Positions 31,674-43,394 of a stretch of 64,000 nt of DNA are shown piece by piece. The position numbers and the translations under genes were made by a program. The notes beneath the pieces are model-generated. The model worked only from the letters and a program-made list of their open reading frames with translations. It did not search any database and was not told the origin of the DNA. The DNA lies in sequence record NC_054920.1; one strand, 5' to 3'. Source of the DNA: Escherichia phage vB_EcoM_G9062. The stretch's first letter is position 1. Each line of letters starts with the position of its first letter.

Positions 31674-32128
31674 AGAGAGTCTCTTAATAGGTTTAACACA
31701 TCAATAAATTCAGCTTCAGTTAGTATTGTATCATCTTTTGTTAGACCACTAGCCATGCTGTGCTTCAAAACTTTTCCTTTCGAGGCTTGTAATGCATCAC
31801 GAAAGCCCTTGTTTTGGATCGCTGCTTCAAAATATGCATTTGTATACAGCTCTTTCCACGCCGGGGAGTATCTTGAAAACGGAACTCCCAGCCAGAAGAG
31901 GGTCCCACGGTCCTGAGCTCTTGCATAAGACCTTCCAGCTTGTTGGGCGGCAAGCCCGGATAACCCAAATATACGACGTTGTTGTTCAGCATTTTTCACC
32001 TTGCATCCTTGGAGGAATCCTTCAAGACCTCCGAATTGAATACCATCCATGACGAAAGGCCATTGGGCGAAATTACTTAATGCACACGATGGCCATCTAA
32101 AATTGCTTCTAATCTCTAACTCAGACAT
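31670..32128 (-). CDS. NADAR/YbiA-like (DUF1768-like) protein (30.3-like)
   Basis: 152 aa from the ATG at 32128 (track starts at a TTG); motif LSNFAQWPFVMDGIQF...LEGFLQGCKV resembles the SNFxxWP...DG...E.xxQxxK pattern of the YbiA/NADAR family as recalled. Confidence 0.55.
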   Translation of the reverse strand: MSELEIRSNFRWPSCALSNFAQWPFVMDGIQFGGLEGFLQGCKVKNAEQQRRIFGLSGLAAQQAGRSYARAQDRGTLFWLGVPFSRYSPAWKELYTNAYFEAAIQNKGFRDALQASKGKVLKHSMASGLTKDDTILTEAEFIDVLNLLRDSL

Positions 32129-32327
32129 TTTCAATACTTATAATTTCAACATCAGCCCAATGACCATAGCAAGGAAGACGAAATTCAACTGGCCAGTTAG
32201 GGTCCTTTTCTAATATAATAGACTTAACTTGTGGTTCTTCATGTTCATCAGTATATGGATTTTTATCTGTTACTTTATATGTGACCTTAATGTACTGAAT
32301 TCCAAAAATCTTATTAATTATATTCAT
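32121..32327 (-). CDS. hypothetical protein
   Basis: 68-aa ORF, ATG start. Confidence 0.55.
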   Translation of the reverse strand: MNIINKIFGIQYIKVTYKVTDKNPYTDEHEEPQVKSIILEKDPNWPVEFRLPCYGHWADVEIISIENV

Positions 32328-32521
32328 ACTAATTCCTTTAATCCGTAAATAGGAGATAATTCATCACCCATACGAAGGTCTTCATTTCCATCTACCCAGG
32401 AAACAATATAAGCCTCTTTTATTTGAATACCACTCCATTTAAATGGAGGTAGAACCTTAGAAATTAATCCAGGTATACCAACTCCCTTTAATTCAACAGT
32501 TTGACCTAAAAAGAATTTCAT
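32324..32521 (-). CDS. hypothetical protein
   Basis: 65-aa ORF, ATG start, overlaps neighbours by 1-4 nt. Confidence 0.55.
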   Translation of the reverse strand: MKFFLGQTVELKGVGIPGLISKVLPPFKWSGIQIKEAYIVSWVDGNEDLRMGDELSPIYGLKELV

Positions 32522-32808
32522 TAGAACCTCATCTGAAAACCGTGCGATTTAACATTACTACCGCCAATATCAGAAATGTTAATTTCACTCGCAATTGAAG
32601 GGTCAATGTCAATTTCGCGATTGAGTTTAGTGATAGCTAAAGTATCACGCCCATTTACAGTACGAAACTCTAAAGGACAAACCACATCAACGTAGTTTTT
32701 AATCGATTCGCTAGTAGGTTGCAAATGTGCAGGAAGGTCTTTAGGCGACTTTGAGAAAACAACTTCACAGAAATTTTTGCGGGTGTCAAAATAAGTAGTC
32801 ATAAACAT
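32521..32808 (-). CDS. hypothetical protein
   Basis: 95-aa ORF, ATG start. Confidence 0.6.
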   Translation of the reverse strand: MFMTTYFDTRKNFCEVVFSKSPKDLPAHLQPTSESIKNYVDVVCPLEFRTVNGRDTLAITKLNREIDIDPSIASEINISDIGGSNVKSHGFQMRF

Positions 32809-32825
32809 AGTATTTTCCTCAGTAA

Positions 32826-32839
32826 GGGGCCGAAGCCCC
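32826..32839 (-). terminator. hairpin GGGGCC-ga-AGCCCC
   Basis: GC-rich stem between ORFs 32850..33215 and 32521..32808. Confidence 0.55.
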
Positions 32840-32849
32840 TCATTTTATT

Positions 32850-33215
32850 TTAAATATCAAATTCGTTAAGAACTACATCAAAGATTGCTTCAAGATGCTC
32901 AGGTTTAGCTCTGTTACTCAGAATATGACGAATCCAAGTTTTAACCAGAAGCTTGCGATTAACGCCATTCCAGCAAGGATGAGTCCCTAAATCGCGTTGA
33001 CGAAAATCATCATCCAAAGCGATTTTAAAAGAAGAACCTTCCATTGTGATTGAAACCGTGATGCCATTTTCAAATCGCATATAAACGTAGTTAGGAGTCA
33101 TATATTGTTCAATTTCGCATACTGATCCATTTTGATGTTTCCAAAGGCAAATAGTATCAATAGAACATGCAATACCATTAGAAAAATATTTACGTTCAAA
33201 GTTGATGTAGTTCAT
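32850..33215 (-). CDS. hypothetical protein
   Basis: 121-aa ORF, ATG start. Confidence 0.6.
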   Translation of the reverse strand: MNYINFERKYFSNGIACSIDTICLWKHQNGSVCEIEQYMTPNYVYMRFENGITVSITMEGSSFKIALDDDFRQRDLGTHPCWNGVNRKLLVKTWIRHILSNRAKPEHLEAIFDVVLNEFDI

Positions 33216-33285
33216 TTTTATTCTCCGAGATGTTTAATTGCGGTACAGGTATATAATATCATATCCTGTACCAAAGTAAACTATT

Positions 33286-33654
33286 TTATGCAACTTTAAT
33301 CCAATTATCTAAATTTAATTCACCTTTGGCTTTCATTTTTTCAATCAAGAGGTCAGCGGTAATACGACCATTTTGATACCACGTAACATCTTCAGAGTAA
33401 CCAGTTTCTTTATCTTCATAAGTCTCACAGCGAATTTTACCAAGAATCAAAGTTTTTAATTCGTATGTATCTCCAGTAAAAAAGTTAGTTAACATTATTT
33501 TCCAAGAGAAATCATCAGAAGGACCTTCAGGAGTCATACAATCTACAAATTCAAATTGTTCTTTATATAAATGCCACTGAAGTTCTTTAGTTTCGATAGC
33601 TTTATAGCCGTCGTGATCTTTACCTTTGATGTATGAGTTAAGATTGATTTTCAT
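33286..33654 (-). CDS. hypothetical protein
   Basis: 122-aa ORF, ATG start. Confidence 0.6.
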   Translation of the reverse strand: MKINLNSYIKGKDHDGYKAIETKELQWHLYKEQFEFVDCMTPEGPSDDFSWKIMLTNFFTGDTYELKTLILGKIRCETYEDKETGYSEDVTWYQNGRITADLLIEKMKAKGELNLDNWIKVA

Positions 33655-33740
33655 TTTATTCTCCTTTGTTTGTGTAAAATAATACTATCACAAAGGAACC
33701 ATACTGTAAACAACTTTGTGCAATCTTTGGAAAATAAAAA

Positions 33741-33760
33741 AGGACTCCCGAAGGAGTCCT
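33741..33760 (-). terminator. intrinsic terminator AGGACTCC-cgaa-GGAGTCCT
   Basis: Perfect 8-bp stem followed by a T-run on the minus strand, just after the small basic protein gene. Confidence 0.7.
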
Positions 33761-33764
33761 CAAC

Positions 33765-33941
33765 TTATGCTTTCTGCTTACCAAAACGAGAAGCATCATC
33801 TCGAAGAACCGCACGTGCTCGGCGCATGATCTTCTCAACAGTTTGATTGATACGAGAGTTCGACCCACGCTTGTAACCAGCGCGTTTAGAATCACCAACT
33901 TTCTTTTCAACTGCTTTCTTTGCTTTAACTTGTTTTGCCAT
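33765..33941 (-). CDS. small highly basic protein (58 aa)
   Basis: ATG at 33941 (MAKQVKAKKAVEKKVGDSKRAGYKRGSNSRINQTVEKIMRRARAVLRDDASRFGKQKA); track ORF extends further upstream; strong terminator follows. Confidence 0.6.
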   Translation of the reverse strand: MAKQVKAKKAVEKKVGDSKRAGYKRGSNSRINQTVEKIMRRARAVLRDDASRFGKQKA

Positions 33942-34230
33942 TATAAATTCTCTTTTAAATGAAAATGCAGGACTTATTGGCATTGCCTGCGCAAGCCCTC
34001 AAAGGGGTACTTAGGTTTTGAATATTTACCGACAGGATAACCATAAACCTCGTCATCATACCACCAAGACTTACACAGATAACACTTTTCTGACGCATGA
34101 TAGTAACATTCAAGAGGTACACTGTAAAACTGCCGGGGTCTTAAAACTATAATGATTCGCAAATCATTAATCAGACAGTTCGACGGCTCCTCGTTTTAAC
34201 TTCACACTAAGGCAGTGACTCTCCAATAAA

Positions 34231-34479
34231 TTACTTCAGTGTTACCACAAAGTGACGAACTGCTTTTCGTGCAGCAGAAGCCAAAGGCTTAGCATATTTA
34301 AGTTCATCTTTTTCCTGAAGCTCAGCAGCTAGTGCAGTTTGAGCAGGATTCAGATGTTTGAAATAACGCAGGATTTCAAGAGCTTCGGCTTCAACATCAA
34401 TAGATGCGCCATAGTTTTCGTGACCATTATTCCATGCGTTTCGTTGCAGTTCAAGAGCGTGTTGTAATTGTTTAATCAT
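34231..34479 (-). CDS. rIII: rIII lysis-inhibition accessory protein
   Basis: 82 aa, matches T4 rIII in length and sequence; located next to gene 31. Confidence 0.9.
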   Translation of the reverse strand: MIKQLQHALELQRNAWNNGHENYGASIDVEAEALEILRYFKHLNPAQTALAAELQEKDELKYAKPLASAARKAVRHFVVTLK

Positions 34480-34626
34480 TTAAAAATTCTCGTTAGAGAT
34501 TAAAACTCGGTAGTCACGTTCTTCTGAATTTCATCTTCTTTCGACAGATCTCTCAGTTGTAGACTACCACATAGAATTGTTCGGTTAACTTATTATTCCG
34601 ACACCCAATTCATATTATTATTTATA

Positions 34627-34962
34627 TCACTTATAAAGACACGGAATAGCTTTATAATGACAGGTAACGAATTTTTGTTTAATTTCTTTTGGCTGCTTAA
34701 GACCCAGAGCTACAAAAGGATGCGGAACGTTTCGAATTTGACCAACTGGAAGAGAAGTCAAATCACCAACTTCACAAAAACCTTCAGGAACATCAGGACC
34801 GACAGAGTGAATTACACACAGTTCAGGAACTTCACCTTGGACACGTTTACCGATAATAAGTCCTGATTCTGTAACTTCTTCATCACCGGCTTGTGCAGGT
34901 TCAGAAACTAAAATAACATATTCACCGACAGCACGAATTGGTAGCTGTTGTACTTCAGACAT
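34627..34962 (-). CDS. 31: co-chaperonin gp31 (GroES-like)
   Basis: 111 aa, matches T4 gp31. Confidence 0.93.
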   Translation of the reverse strand: MSEVQQLPIRAVGEYVILVSEPAQAGDEEVTESGLIIGKRVQGEVPELCVIHSVGPDVPEGFCEVGDLTSLPVGQIRNVPHPFVALGLKQPKEIKQKFVTCHYKAIPCLYK

Positions 34963-35018
34963 CGTTTTTCCTTTTTGTTAACAGATGAATTAATAATAAC
35001 AAATAATTCTTAAAGCAT

Positions 35019-35327
35019 TTATTTACCAATAAATTGGAGTAAATGCTCAACTTTCATACCATTAACGGAAATCAATTTGTCAATAGAAAAACCTCGCCAT
35101 GCGCCAAGTTCAACATCAAATACTGGAATCATGTCAGTAGATTCTTTCCGAGTAGATTCAGTCAATTTACCAGTTTGCATGGTTGGCATAAAGTCTGCAT
35201 CACGAGTACCTTTCATAGTACGAATAGTACCATCAGACTTTTCAAAAACTACGTTTGAAACACCCATGGACAATTTAGTTTTCAAAATTTCGCGAATTGC
35301 TACTTTCTGCTCAGTTGTCAGTTTCAT
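35019..35327 (-). CDS. hypothetical protein (31.1-like)
   Basis: 102-aa ORF, ATG start. Confidence 0.6.
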   Translation of the reverse strand: MKLTTEQKVAIREILKTKLSMGVSNVVFEKSDGTIRTMKGTRDADFMPTMQTGKLTESTRKESTDMIPVFDVELGAWRGFSIDKLISVNGMKVEHLLQFIGK

Positions 35328-35564
35328 TTATTTACCTATCACAGTTTTAATATGAGTTGTTCCACGTTCTTTAAGGGTGGAAAGTAATTTTTGGCATTTT
35401 TCTAAATCAGATTTCCAACTATATGGTCTATCAATACTAGTCCAATCAGTTTTATAATACTGTTTCCATTTAGAGAAAAAATATTTCTTATACTCTACAG
35501 CAAATGAGATGTTCTCGTTAGAATAAGAACTAATTGCTGTGAGCTTTACCAAACGAAATTTCAT
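35328..35564 (-). CDS. hypothetical protein (31.2-like)
   Basis: 78-aa ORF, ATG start. Confidence 0.6.
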   Translation of the reverse strand: MKFRLVKLTAISSYSNENISFAVEYKKYFFSKWKQYYKTDWTSIDRPYSWKSDLEKCQKLLSTLKERGTTHIKTVIGK

Positions 35565-36145
35565 TATTCACCACAGAATTCGTTGATATTTTCCCAGTTT
35601 AACTTATTCAAGTTTTTCTTAGGAACATTAAACACTTCAATACCTGCATTTCGCAGAATATCATCCCAGCCAGGTTTATTTTTATCGTATGTTTCGCAAT
35701 AAACCAGCTTTTTAATACCAGATTGAGCTATCGCTTTTGCACAATCTGGACAAGGAGAAAGTGTTACATACATAGTAGCACCTTCAATAGAAGAACCATT
35801 TCGTGCAGCAAACAAAATTGCATTTAGTTCAGCATGAATTTCATTTTTAGACGACCATTCAGAGTGAGCGCTACGGTGTTCTTTCGCCAATACAAAACGA
35901 TCAGTTGAACCAAACGATACACATTCAGGCTTATGACCTTGAATGATAGTATGTTTAGGCTTATTCAGCAACCAACCTTGCTCAGCAGCATAATCACAGC
36001 AGTTCACACCACCTGCAGGTGAACCATTATATCCAGTAGAAATAATACGTCCATTCTTTTCAATTACTGCTCCTACTTTCCAGGAGCAACATTTTGATTC
36101 TTGTGATACTAAATATGCAATTTGAAGTACTGTACTCGCTTTCAT
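35564..36145 (-). CDS. cd: dCMP deaminase
   Basis: 193 aa, matches T4 Cd; zinc-binding deaminase motifs (HAE...PCxxC). Confidence 0.93.
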   Translation of the reverse strand: MKASTVLQIAYLVSQESKCCSWKVGAVIEKNGRIISTGYNGSPAGGVNCCDYAAEQGWLLNKPKHTIIQGHKPECVSFGSTDRFVLAKEHRSAHSEWSSKNEIHAELNAILFAARNGSSIEGATMYVTLSPCPDCAKAIAQSGIKKLVYCETYDKNKPGWDDILRNAGIEVFNVPKKNLNKLNWENINEFCGE

Positions 36146-36480
36146 TTCATAATCACCAGATAAGCAGATTTAGCAGTTTCAACACGATAAATTTCGTGAC
36201 GAAGTTTAGTTATACTTTTAATAACAGAACTAATTATATTCTGCCCATCTTTAAAGCGGTTTTTCTTATCAATAAAAATTGCACCAGCCATCTTTTTGTG
36301 AAGCTCAACTGGATACTTCGTCACAATAATAGCATCATACACAGAAGGATGAATACTATTCACTAGAGTATCGTTCATTAAAGTTATTCTAATGAACTGT
36401 GCTGTTTCAGAGTCAAGCGCTCTATGATCGCCAGTATCATTTTCAAGACAATTATCAATTATATCAGTTAAATTCATCAT
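36142..36480 (-). CDS. hypothetical protein (cd.1-like)
   Basis: 112-aa ORF. Confidence 0.6.
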   Translation of the reverse strand: MMNLTDIIDNCLENDTGDHRALDSETAQFIRITLMNDTLVNSIHPSVYDAIIVTKYPVELHKKMAGAIFIDKKNRFKDGQNIISSVIKSITKLRHEIYRVETAKSAYLVIMK

Positions 36481-36713
36481 AGTACGCCATACACCCTTTG
36501 TGCTTCAACTAATCCATCAAAATCCAATTTGAGATGTGTTATTTGGTCACCATCACCTGGATTCACAATTACTAATACCGAACGAGGAGTTTCGGTAATA
36601 ACACGAACCGACGTTTCAGGAAATCGTTCAGAAACCTTATTTACCAATTCTTGAGCAAATAGTTTAACTTTTTCTTGGAATTCTTTAACAGTAATTGGTT
36701 TTTCGCTTAGCAT
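36477..36713 (-). CDS. hypothetical protein (cd.2-like)
   Basis: 78-aa ORF. Confidence 0.6.
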   Translation of the reverse strand: MLSEKPITVKEFQEKVKLFAQELVNKVSERFPETSVRVITETPRSVLVIVNPGDGDQITHLKLDFDGLVEAQRVYGVL

Positions 36714-37234
36714 GTTGATCCTAGCTCCTTACTTTCAACATTTTTAACTAATTTGACAGAAACTAATTCAGCATCTTGGGTAATCATTACCGGACCTTCT
36801 TCATGCTCTTCAAGATATTCTAGAGCTTTCTTTTTAGCTTCTTCCTTCGTATCAGTTTGAGCATAGATATAGAACATACAACCAGTAATACCTACTACTT
36901 TCCACTTAATTTCTTTATCAGTTTTAATTTCAAATTTACTTACAGAATCATCTTTTTGAACTTCTTCGAAAAAAGAATATTCTAACATATAAGCAATTGA
37001 AAATAACGGGCTAACTTTATAGGATTCACCCATTACATCAACAGCTTTATACCAACAATCATCAATTTCACGTTTAATGCTAATAACATTTTTCGCAGGA
37101 TCTATTTTTACTTTAAATGAATTTTCCCCAATAAACTGGGCAATTCGTTTATTGGCCCCGCAAGTTTCATTAAAAATATCTTTATATCCAGCTTTAAAGC
37201 GATAAACCTTATCTTCTTCAAACCATTCGCTCAT
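36707..37234 (-). CDS. hypothetical protein (cd.3-like)
   Basis: 175-aa ORF. Confidence 0.6.
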   Translation of the reverse strand: MSEWFEEDKVYRFKAGYKDIFNETCGANKRIAQFIGENSFKVKIDPAKNVISIKREIDDCWYKAVDVMGESYKVSPLFSIAYMLEYSFFEEVQKDDSVSKFEIKTDKEIKWKVVGITGCMFYIYAQTDTKEEAKKKALEYLEEHEEGPVMITQDAELVSVKLVKNVESKELGSTC

Positions 37235-37296
37235 TTCAATTTCCTCATTTGTTTTGGTAGAGCTATAATATCACAACTCTACCGTAAAGTAAACCA

Positions 37297-37602
37297 TTAA
37301 ATCGCTTTGAATTCCGCAGTTTGAGATTCAAAGCGAATGTCGCCTTTGATAACTAGCTCAGCATCAAGACCGAATACGACAATGATATGCGCGGAACCTG
37401 GATACAGCGTAATGGCAACAGAATCCACCTGGTCTGGAAGCAAAGTGTTCAATACACGAGTCACTTGAGCATGAATTCGAAGCTCAGCTGCGTTATCAAG
37501 TTTTTCAAACATATTATTAGCGATAATTTGGCTAAACACTACTTCTACGATTTTAGAGTAAGTCGGAAACATATTTACCTCACATAATTTTCTTCGAGCC
37601 AA
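37297..37602 (-). CDS. hypothetical protein (cd.4-like)
   Basis: 101-aa ORF; true start may be an internal Met. Confidence 0.55.
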   Translation of the reverse strand: MARRKLCEVNMFPTYSKIVEVVFSQIIANNMFEKLDNAAELRIHAQVTRVLNTLLPDQVDSVAITLYPGSAHIIVVFGLDAELVIKGDIRFESQTAEFKAI

Positions 37603-37767
37603 TCAATAACATCCAAAGCGTTATCAAAAGTTGCGCCATCTACTTTGTCTTCTGTTTCATAATCAAGAACATCTAGGCCTACTCTTCCGTCAACAATAGG
37701 CCATAGACAAAATAGATATTTCTTTTCTTTTTCAATTTTATCACAAAGACGATAAATCTTTTCTAGG

Positions 37768-37775
<8 letters not shown>
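37575..37775 (-). CDS. hypothetical protein (cd.5-like)
   Basis: 66-aa ORF. Confidence 0.55.
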
Positions 37776-39165
<1,390 letters not shown>

Positions 39166-39169
<4 letters not shown>

Positions 39170-39396
39170 TTATTTTTCTCAACTAATGATTGAATATAAT
39201 CATGCAAGTCTTTAGATGCTTTACCCCACTTATTTTGATATTCATTTTTGAGATTAGCACGTGATTGAGCTAATAAAACATCATTAGTTGGAGGTAAAGA
39301 TTCTAATCGTTGAATCTGTCGTCCATAAATCATTGCAGCCATCTCGGATTCATAAATTAATCCTTTTAGATGTTCAAATTGATACCATGAAATCAT
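39166..39396 (-). CDS. hypothetical protein
   Basis: 76-aa ORF. Confidence 0.6.
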
Positions 39397-39692
39397 TTAC
39401 ATTTATCCTCTTTTAGCTCTTGACGATAATAACATATCATAGTTTTCTGGTCATGTACATATCGTTTTACATCATTAAGCCAAATACGAAATTCCTGAGA
39501 ATCTTCAAATGGCATACCTACCCAAGCTTTACCATCAATAACTTTAACTTGCCAAGATAGTTTAGCTTCGTCATATGACTTTATTTGCACAGGCCAATTA
39601 GGATGAACTGTTTCTTTCTTTACTTCTAGAGGCTTTGTCGAACAACCAACTAGAAGACCAATAGATAATATTACTGCTGATAGTTTAATCAT
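39393..39692 (-). CDS. o-spanin (outer-membrane lipoprotein, Rz1-like; T4 pseT.2 equivalent)
   Basis: 99 aa; signal peptide with lipobox LLVGC; immediately downstream of the i-spanin with a 4-nt overlap. Confidence 0.75.
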   Translation of the reverse strand: MIKLSAVILSIGLLVGCSTKPLEVKKETVHPNWPVQIKSYDEAKLSWQVKVIDGKAWVGMPFEDSQEFRIWLNDVKRYVHDQKTMICYYRQELKEDKCK

Positions 39693-40042
39693 TTAGAAAG
39701 GTCCTGGATGTCTTCTGCGAACTTGTTGAAGGAGTTGTTGATTTGTTTTTCAACCAATCCTGGCTTATGAGCCACCACATCCGCCTTCTTTGCGTCTTTG
39801 CGCAGTTTTTCATTTTCACGCTCAATAGCAGCAATTGCCTCACGATTTTTATTATTCATCGCATCAATATAATTATACTGAATTCGCAAATTATTTAATG
39901 CTAAGGCGTTTTCATTGGCTGTTTTTGTAATTTCAGTAACTGATGTTTCTAATCTTTCTACCTTATTTTTTAAAATAATAGATGTTCCGCCAAATGCTAT
40001 TACAAGTAATAGCAATCCAGCTGTAAAATTACTTACATGCAT
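39689..40042 (-). CDS. i-spanin (inner-membrane, Rz-like; T4 pseT.3 equivalent)
   Basis: 117 aa; N-terminal transmembrane segment (LLLLVIAFGGTSIIL) followed by predicted coiled coil. Confidence 0.75.
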   Translation of the reverse strand: MHVSNFTAGLLLLVIAFGGTSIILKNKVERLETSVTEITKTANENALALNNLRIQYNYIDAMNNKNREAIAAIERENEKLRKDAKKADVVAHKPGLVEKQINNSFNKFAEDIQDLSK

Positions 40043-40539
40043 AAAGTTTTAATAACCTCTATAATATCGTCTTGAGAAAGACCGTTAATTAAAATATGAT
40101 GTTCAGCTGGAGATTTAGAAATTTTAAAGCATGCCTCAACATCTTCTGCCATATCCGATGCACTACGATTTGGATTACTAATTCCAAGACGATGCTTTCC
40201 AGTCAAAGGATTAACGATGATATAGCATTTACAACTATTGATATGAACATTAGGTTGAGTCTGATTAATAAATACATCACAATCATATTTCGCAAGCTGA
40301 TTTTCTAAAAAGACTTTCATCTCTTCAACCGCATCAGGAAGCATATCACGGGCTTGCTCAAGACGACGATTTCGATATTCTTTAATGGTCGTTTTCCGCT
40401 TGACTTGCTTAGCTAAATCTTTCTTAAGATCGGTGATATATCCAACTCGACGGTTTCCTTTAAATACAGAAATCCCATCTGTAGTATCACCGTATGCTTC
40501 AACGACCATTTCAGTAGTAATAAGCTGCAAATCCATCAT
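40033..40539 (-). CDS. alc: Alc, inhibitor of host transcription
   Basis: 168 aa, length and position (between rnlA and pseT) as T4 Alc. Confidence 0.85.
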   Translation of the reverse strand: MMDLQLITTEMVVEAYGDTTDGISVFKGNRRVGYITDLKKDLAKQVKRKTTIKEYRNRRLEQARDMLPDAVEEMKVFLENQLAKYDCDVFINQTQPNVHINSCKCYIIVNPLTGKHRLGISNPNRSASDMAEDVEACFKISKSPAEHHILINGLSQDDIIEVIKTLCM

Positions 40540-40543
40540 AAAG

Positions 40544-40597
40544 TCCTCATGTTATGTCAGTAAGACTACTATAACACAACACGAGGGACTTGTAAAC
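40544..40597 (-). repeat. 54-bp perfect direct repeat, copy B
   Basis: Identical to 24681..24734. Confidence 0.95.
40568..40597 (-). promoter_or_regulatory. T4-type early promoter upstream of alc, copy B of the 54-bp repeat
   Basis: Same GTTTAC-N18-TGnTATAGT element and leader as at 24705..24734. Confidence 0.6.
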
Positions 40598-40600
40598 AGC

Positions 40601-42188
<1,588 letters not shown>

Positions 42189-42196
42189 AATAAAAT

Positions 42197-42210
42197 GGGC
42201 CTTGCGGCCC
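42197..42210 (-). terminator. hairpin GGGCC-ttgc-GGCCC downstream of nrdB
   Basis: GC stem followed by a T-rich run on the minus strand. Confidence 0.6.
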
Positions 42211-42215
42211 ACTCC

Positions 42216-43394
42216 TTAAAAATATTTTTTAAAACTCATCATAACTTTATCATCAACATCATTATCAATCTGTGCTACAAGATAAGATGACAGTTCTACT
42301 TCTTGTGGCGCGGATTGAACATTATCAGAATTAAGATATTCACGAATCCAAGGATACGGATGTTTAACCGGAGCATCGGTAATTGGGCATGGAAGACCGC
42401 ACTGTTTCATACGAGATACAGTTAAGTAATCAATAAAGCTCCACATGCTATTTGTATTTAATCCAGGAACATCGCCATCTTTAAATAAATGAACTGCCCA
42501 GTCTTTTTCTTGACGGTTAACTTCCATGAAAATATCAACTGCTTCTTGTTCACACTCTTTGGCAATTTTAACCCATTCATCACCATCAGTGCCAAGTTGA
42601 AGTTGACGAATAATATATTGTGTACCTTTAAGATGAAGCTGCTCATCACGTGCAATGAACTTCATAATCTTGGCATTACCTTCCATGATTTCCATGTTTT
42701 TATGGAAGTTAAAGGTACACGCAAAGGATACATAAAAACGAATAGCTTCTAATGCATTAATAACGTGCAAACAGAGGTAAAGAGATTTCATTAGCTCACG
42801 CTTCCAATATGTCTCATGCTCAATAGCATCTTCAATAACGTCTTCGTCTGCATTAATTTCTTTTTGGTATTCGATATCAGCTTTAGCGTTTTCCCAATAA
42901 CGAGTTTTAATCAGAACATCATCATAATAACGTCCAATGGATTCAGCACGTTTCATAATAGCTTCATCTAATACAATTTCATCAAATACCTTCGATGGAT
43001 CAGTATAAAGATTTCGCATGATATGAGTATATGAACGACTGTGAATAGTTTCACTAAAAGTCCATGTAGCAACCCATGTATCAAGACTTGGGTCTGAAAT
43101 TAACGACATAAGTACAGCAGATGGTGCACGACCCTGAATGCTATCCAAAAGTGATTGATACTTCAAGTTGTTAGTAAAAATATCTTGCTGATATTGAGGA
43201 AGCTTGTTAAATTGCGCAGCATCCATCATTAAGTTTACTTCTTCAGGACGCCAGAAAAATGACAACTGCTTTTCGGTTAAATCTTCAAAAACTTTATGAC
43301 GTTGAATATCATAACGCGCAATACCAAGACCTGAACCAAAAAACATAGGTTCTTTTAAAACATCAACTGGATTTGTATTAAAAACTGTGCTCAT
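42216..43394 (-). CDS. nrdB: ribonucleotide reductase small subunit NrdB (intron-less)
   Basis: Continuous ORF from the ATG at 43394 (MSTVFNTNPVDVL...); no interruption of the kind the T4 nrdB intron makes. Confidence 0.93.
   Translation of the reverse strand: MSTVFNTNPVDVLKEPMFFGSGLGIARYDIQRHKVFEDLTEKQLSFFWRPEEVNLMMDAAQFNKLPQYQQDIFTNNLKYQSLLDSIQGRAPSAVLMSLISDPSLDTWVATWTFSETIHSRSYTHIMRNLYTDPSKVFDEIVLDEAIMKRAESIGRYYDDVLIKTRYWENAKADIEYQKEINADEDVIEDAIEHETYWKRELMKSLYLCLHVINALEAIRFYVSFACTFNFHKNMEIMEGNAKIMKFIARDEQLHLKGTQYIIRQLQLGTDGDEWVKIAKECEQEAVDIFMEVNRQEKDWAVHLFKDGDVPGLNTNSMWSFIDYLTVSRMKQCGLPCPITDAPVKHPYPWIREYLNSDNVQSAPQEVELSSYLVAQIDNDVDDKVMMSFKKYF

Noticed and set aside
33656-33910. 84-aa minus-strand ORF
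   Set aside because: Overlaps, out of frame, the better-supported small basic protein gene (33765..33941) and the terminator hairpin; no RBS.
33974-34162. 62-aa ORF annotated with an M start
   Set aside because: The first codon is TTG and there is no in-frame ATG, so it is not called as a CDS; kept as a finding and not a feature.
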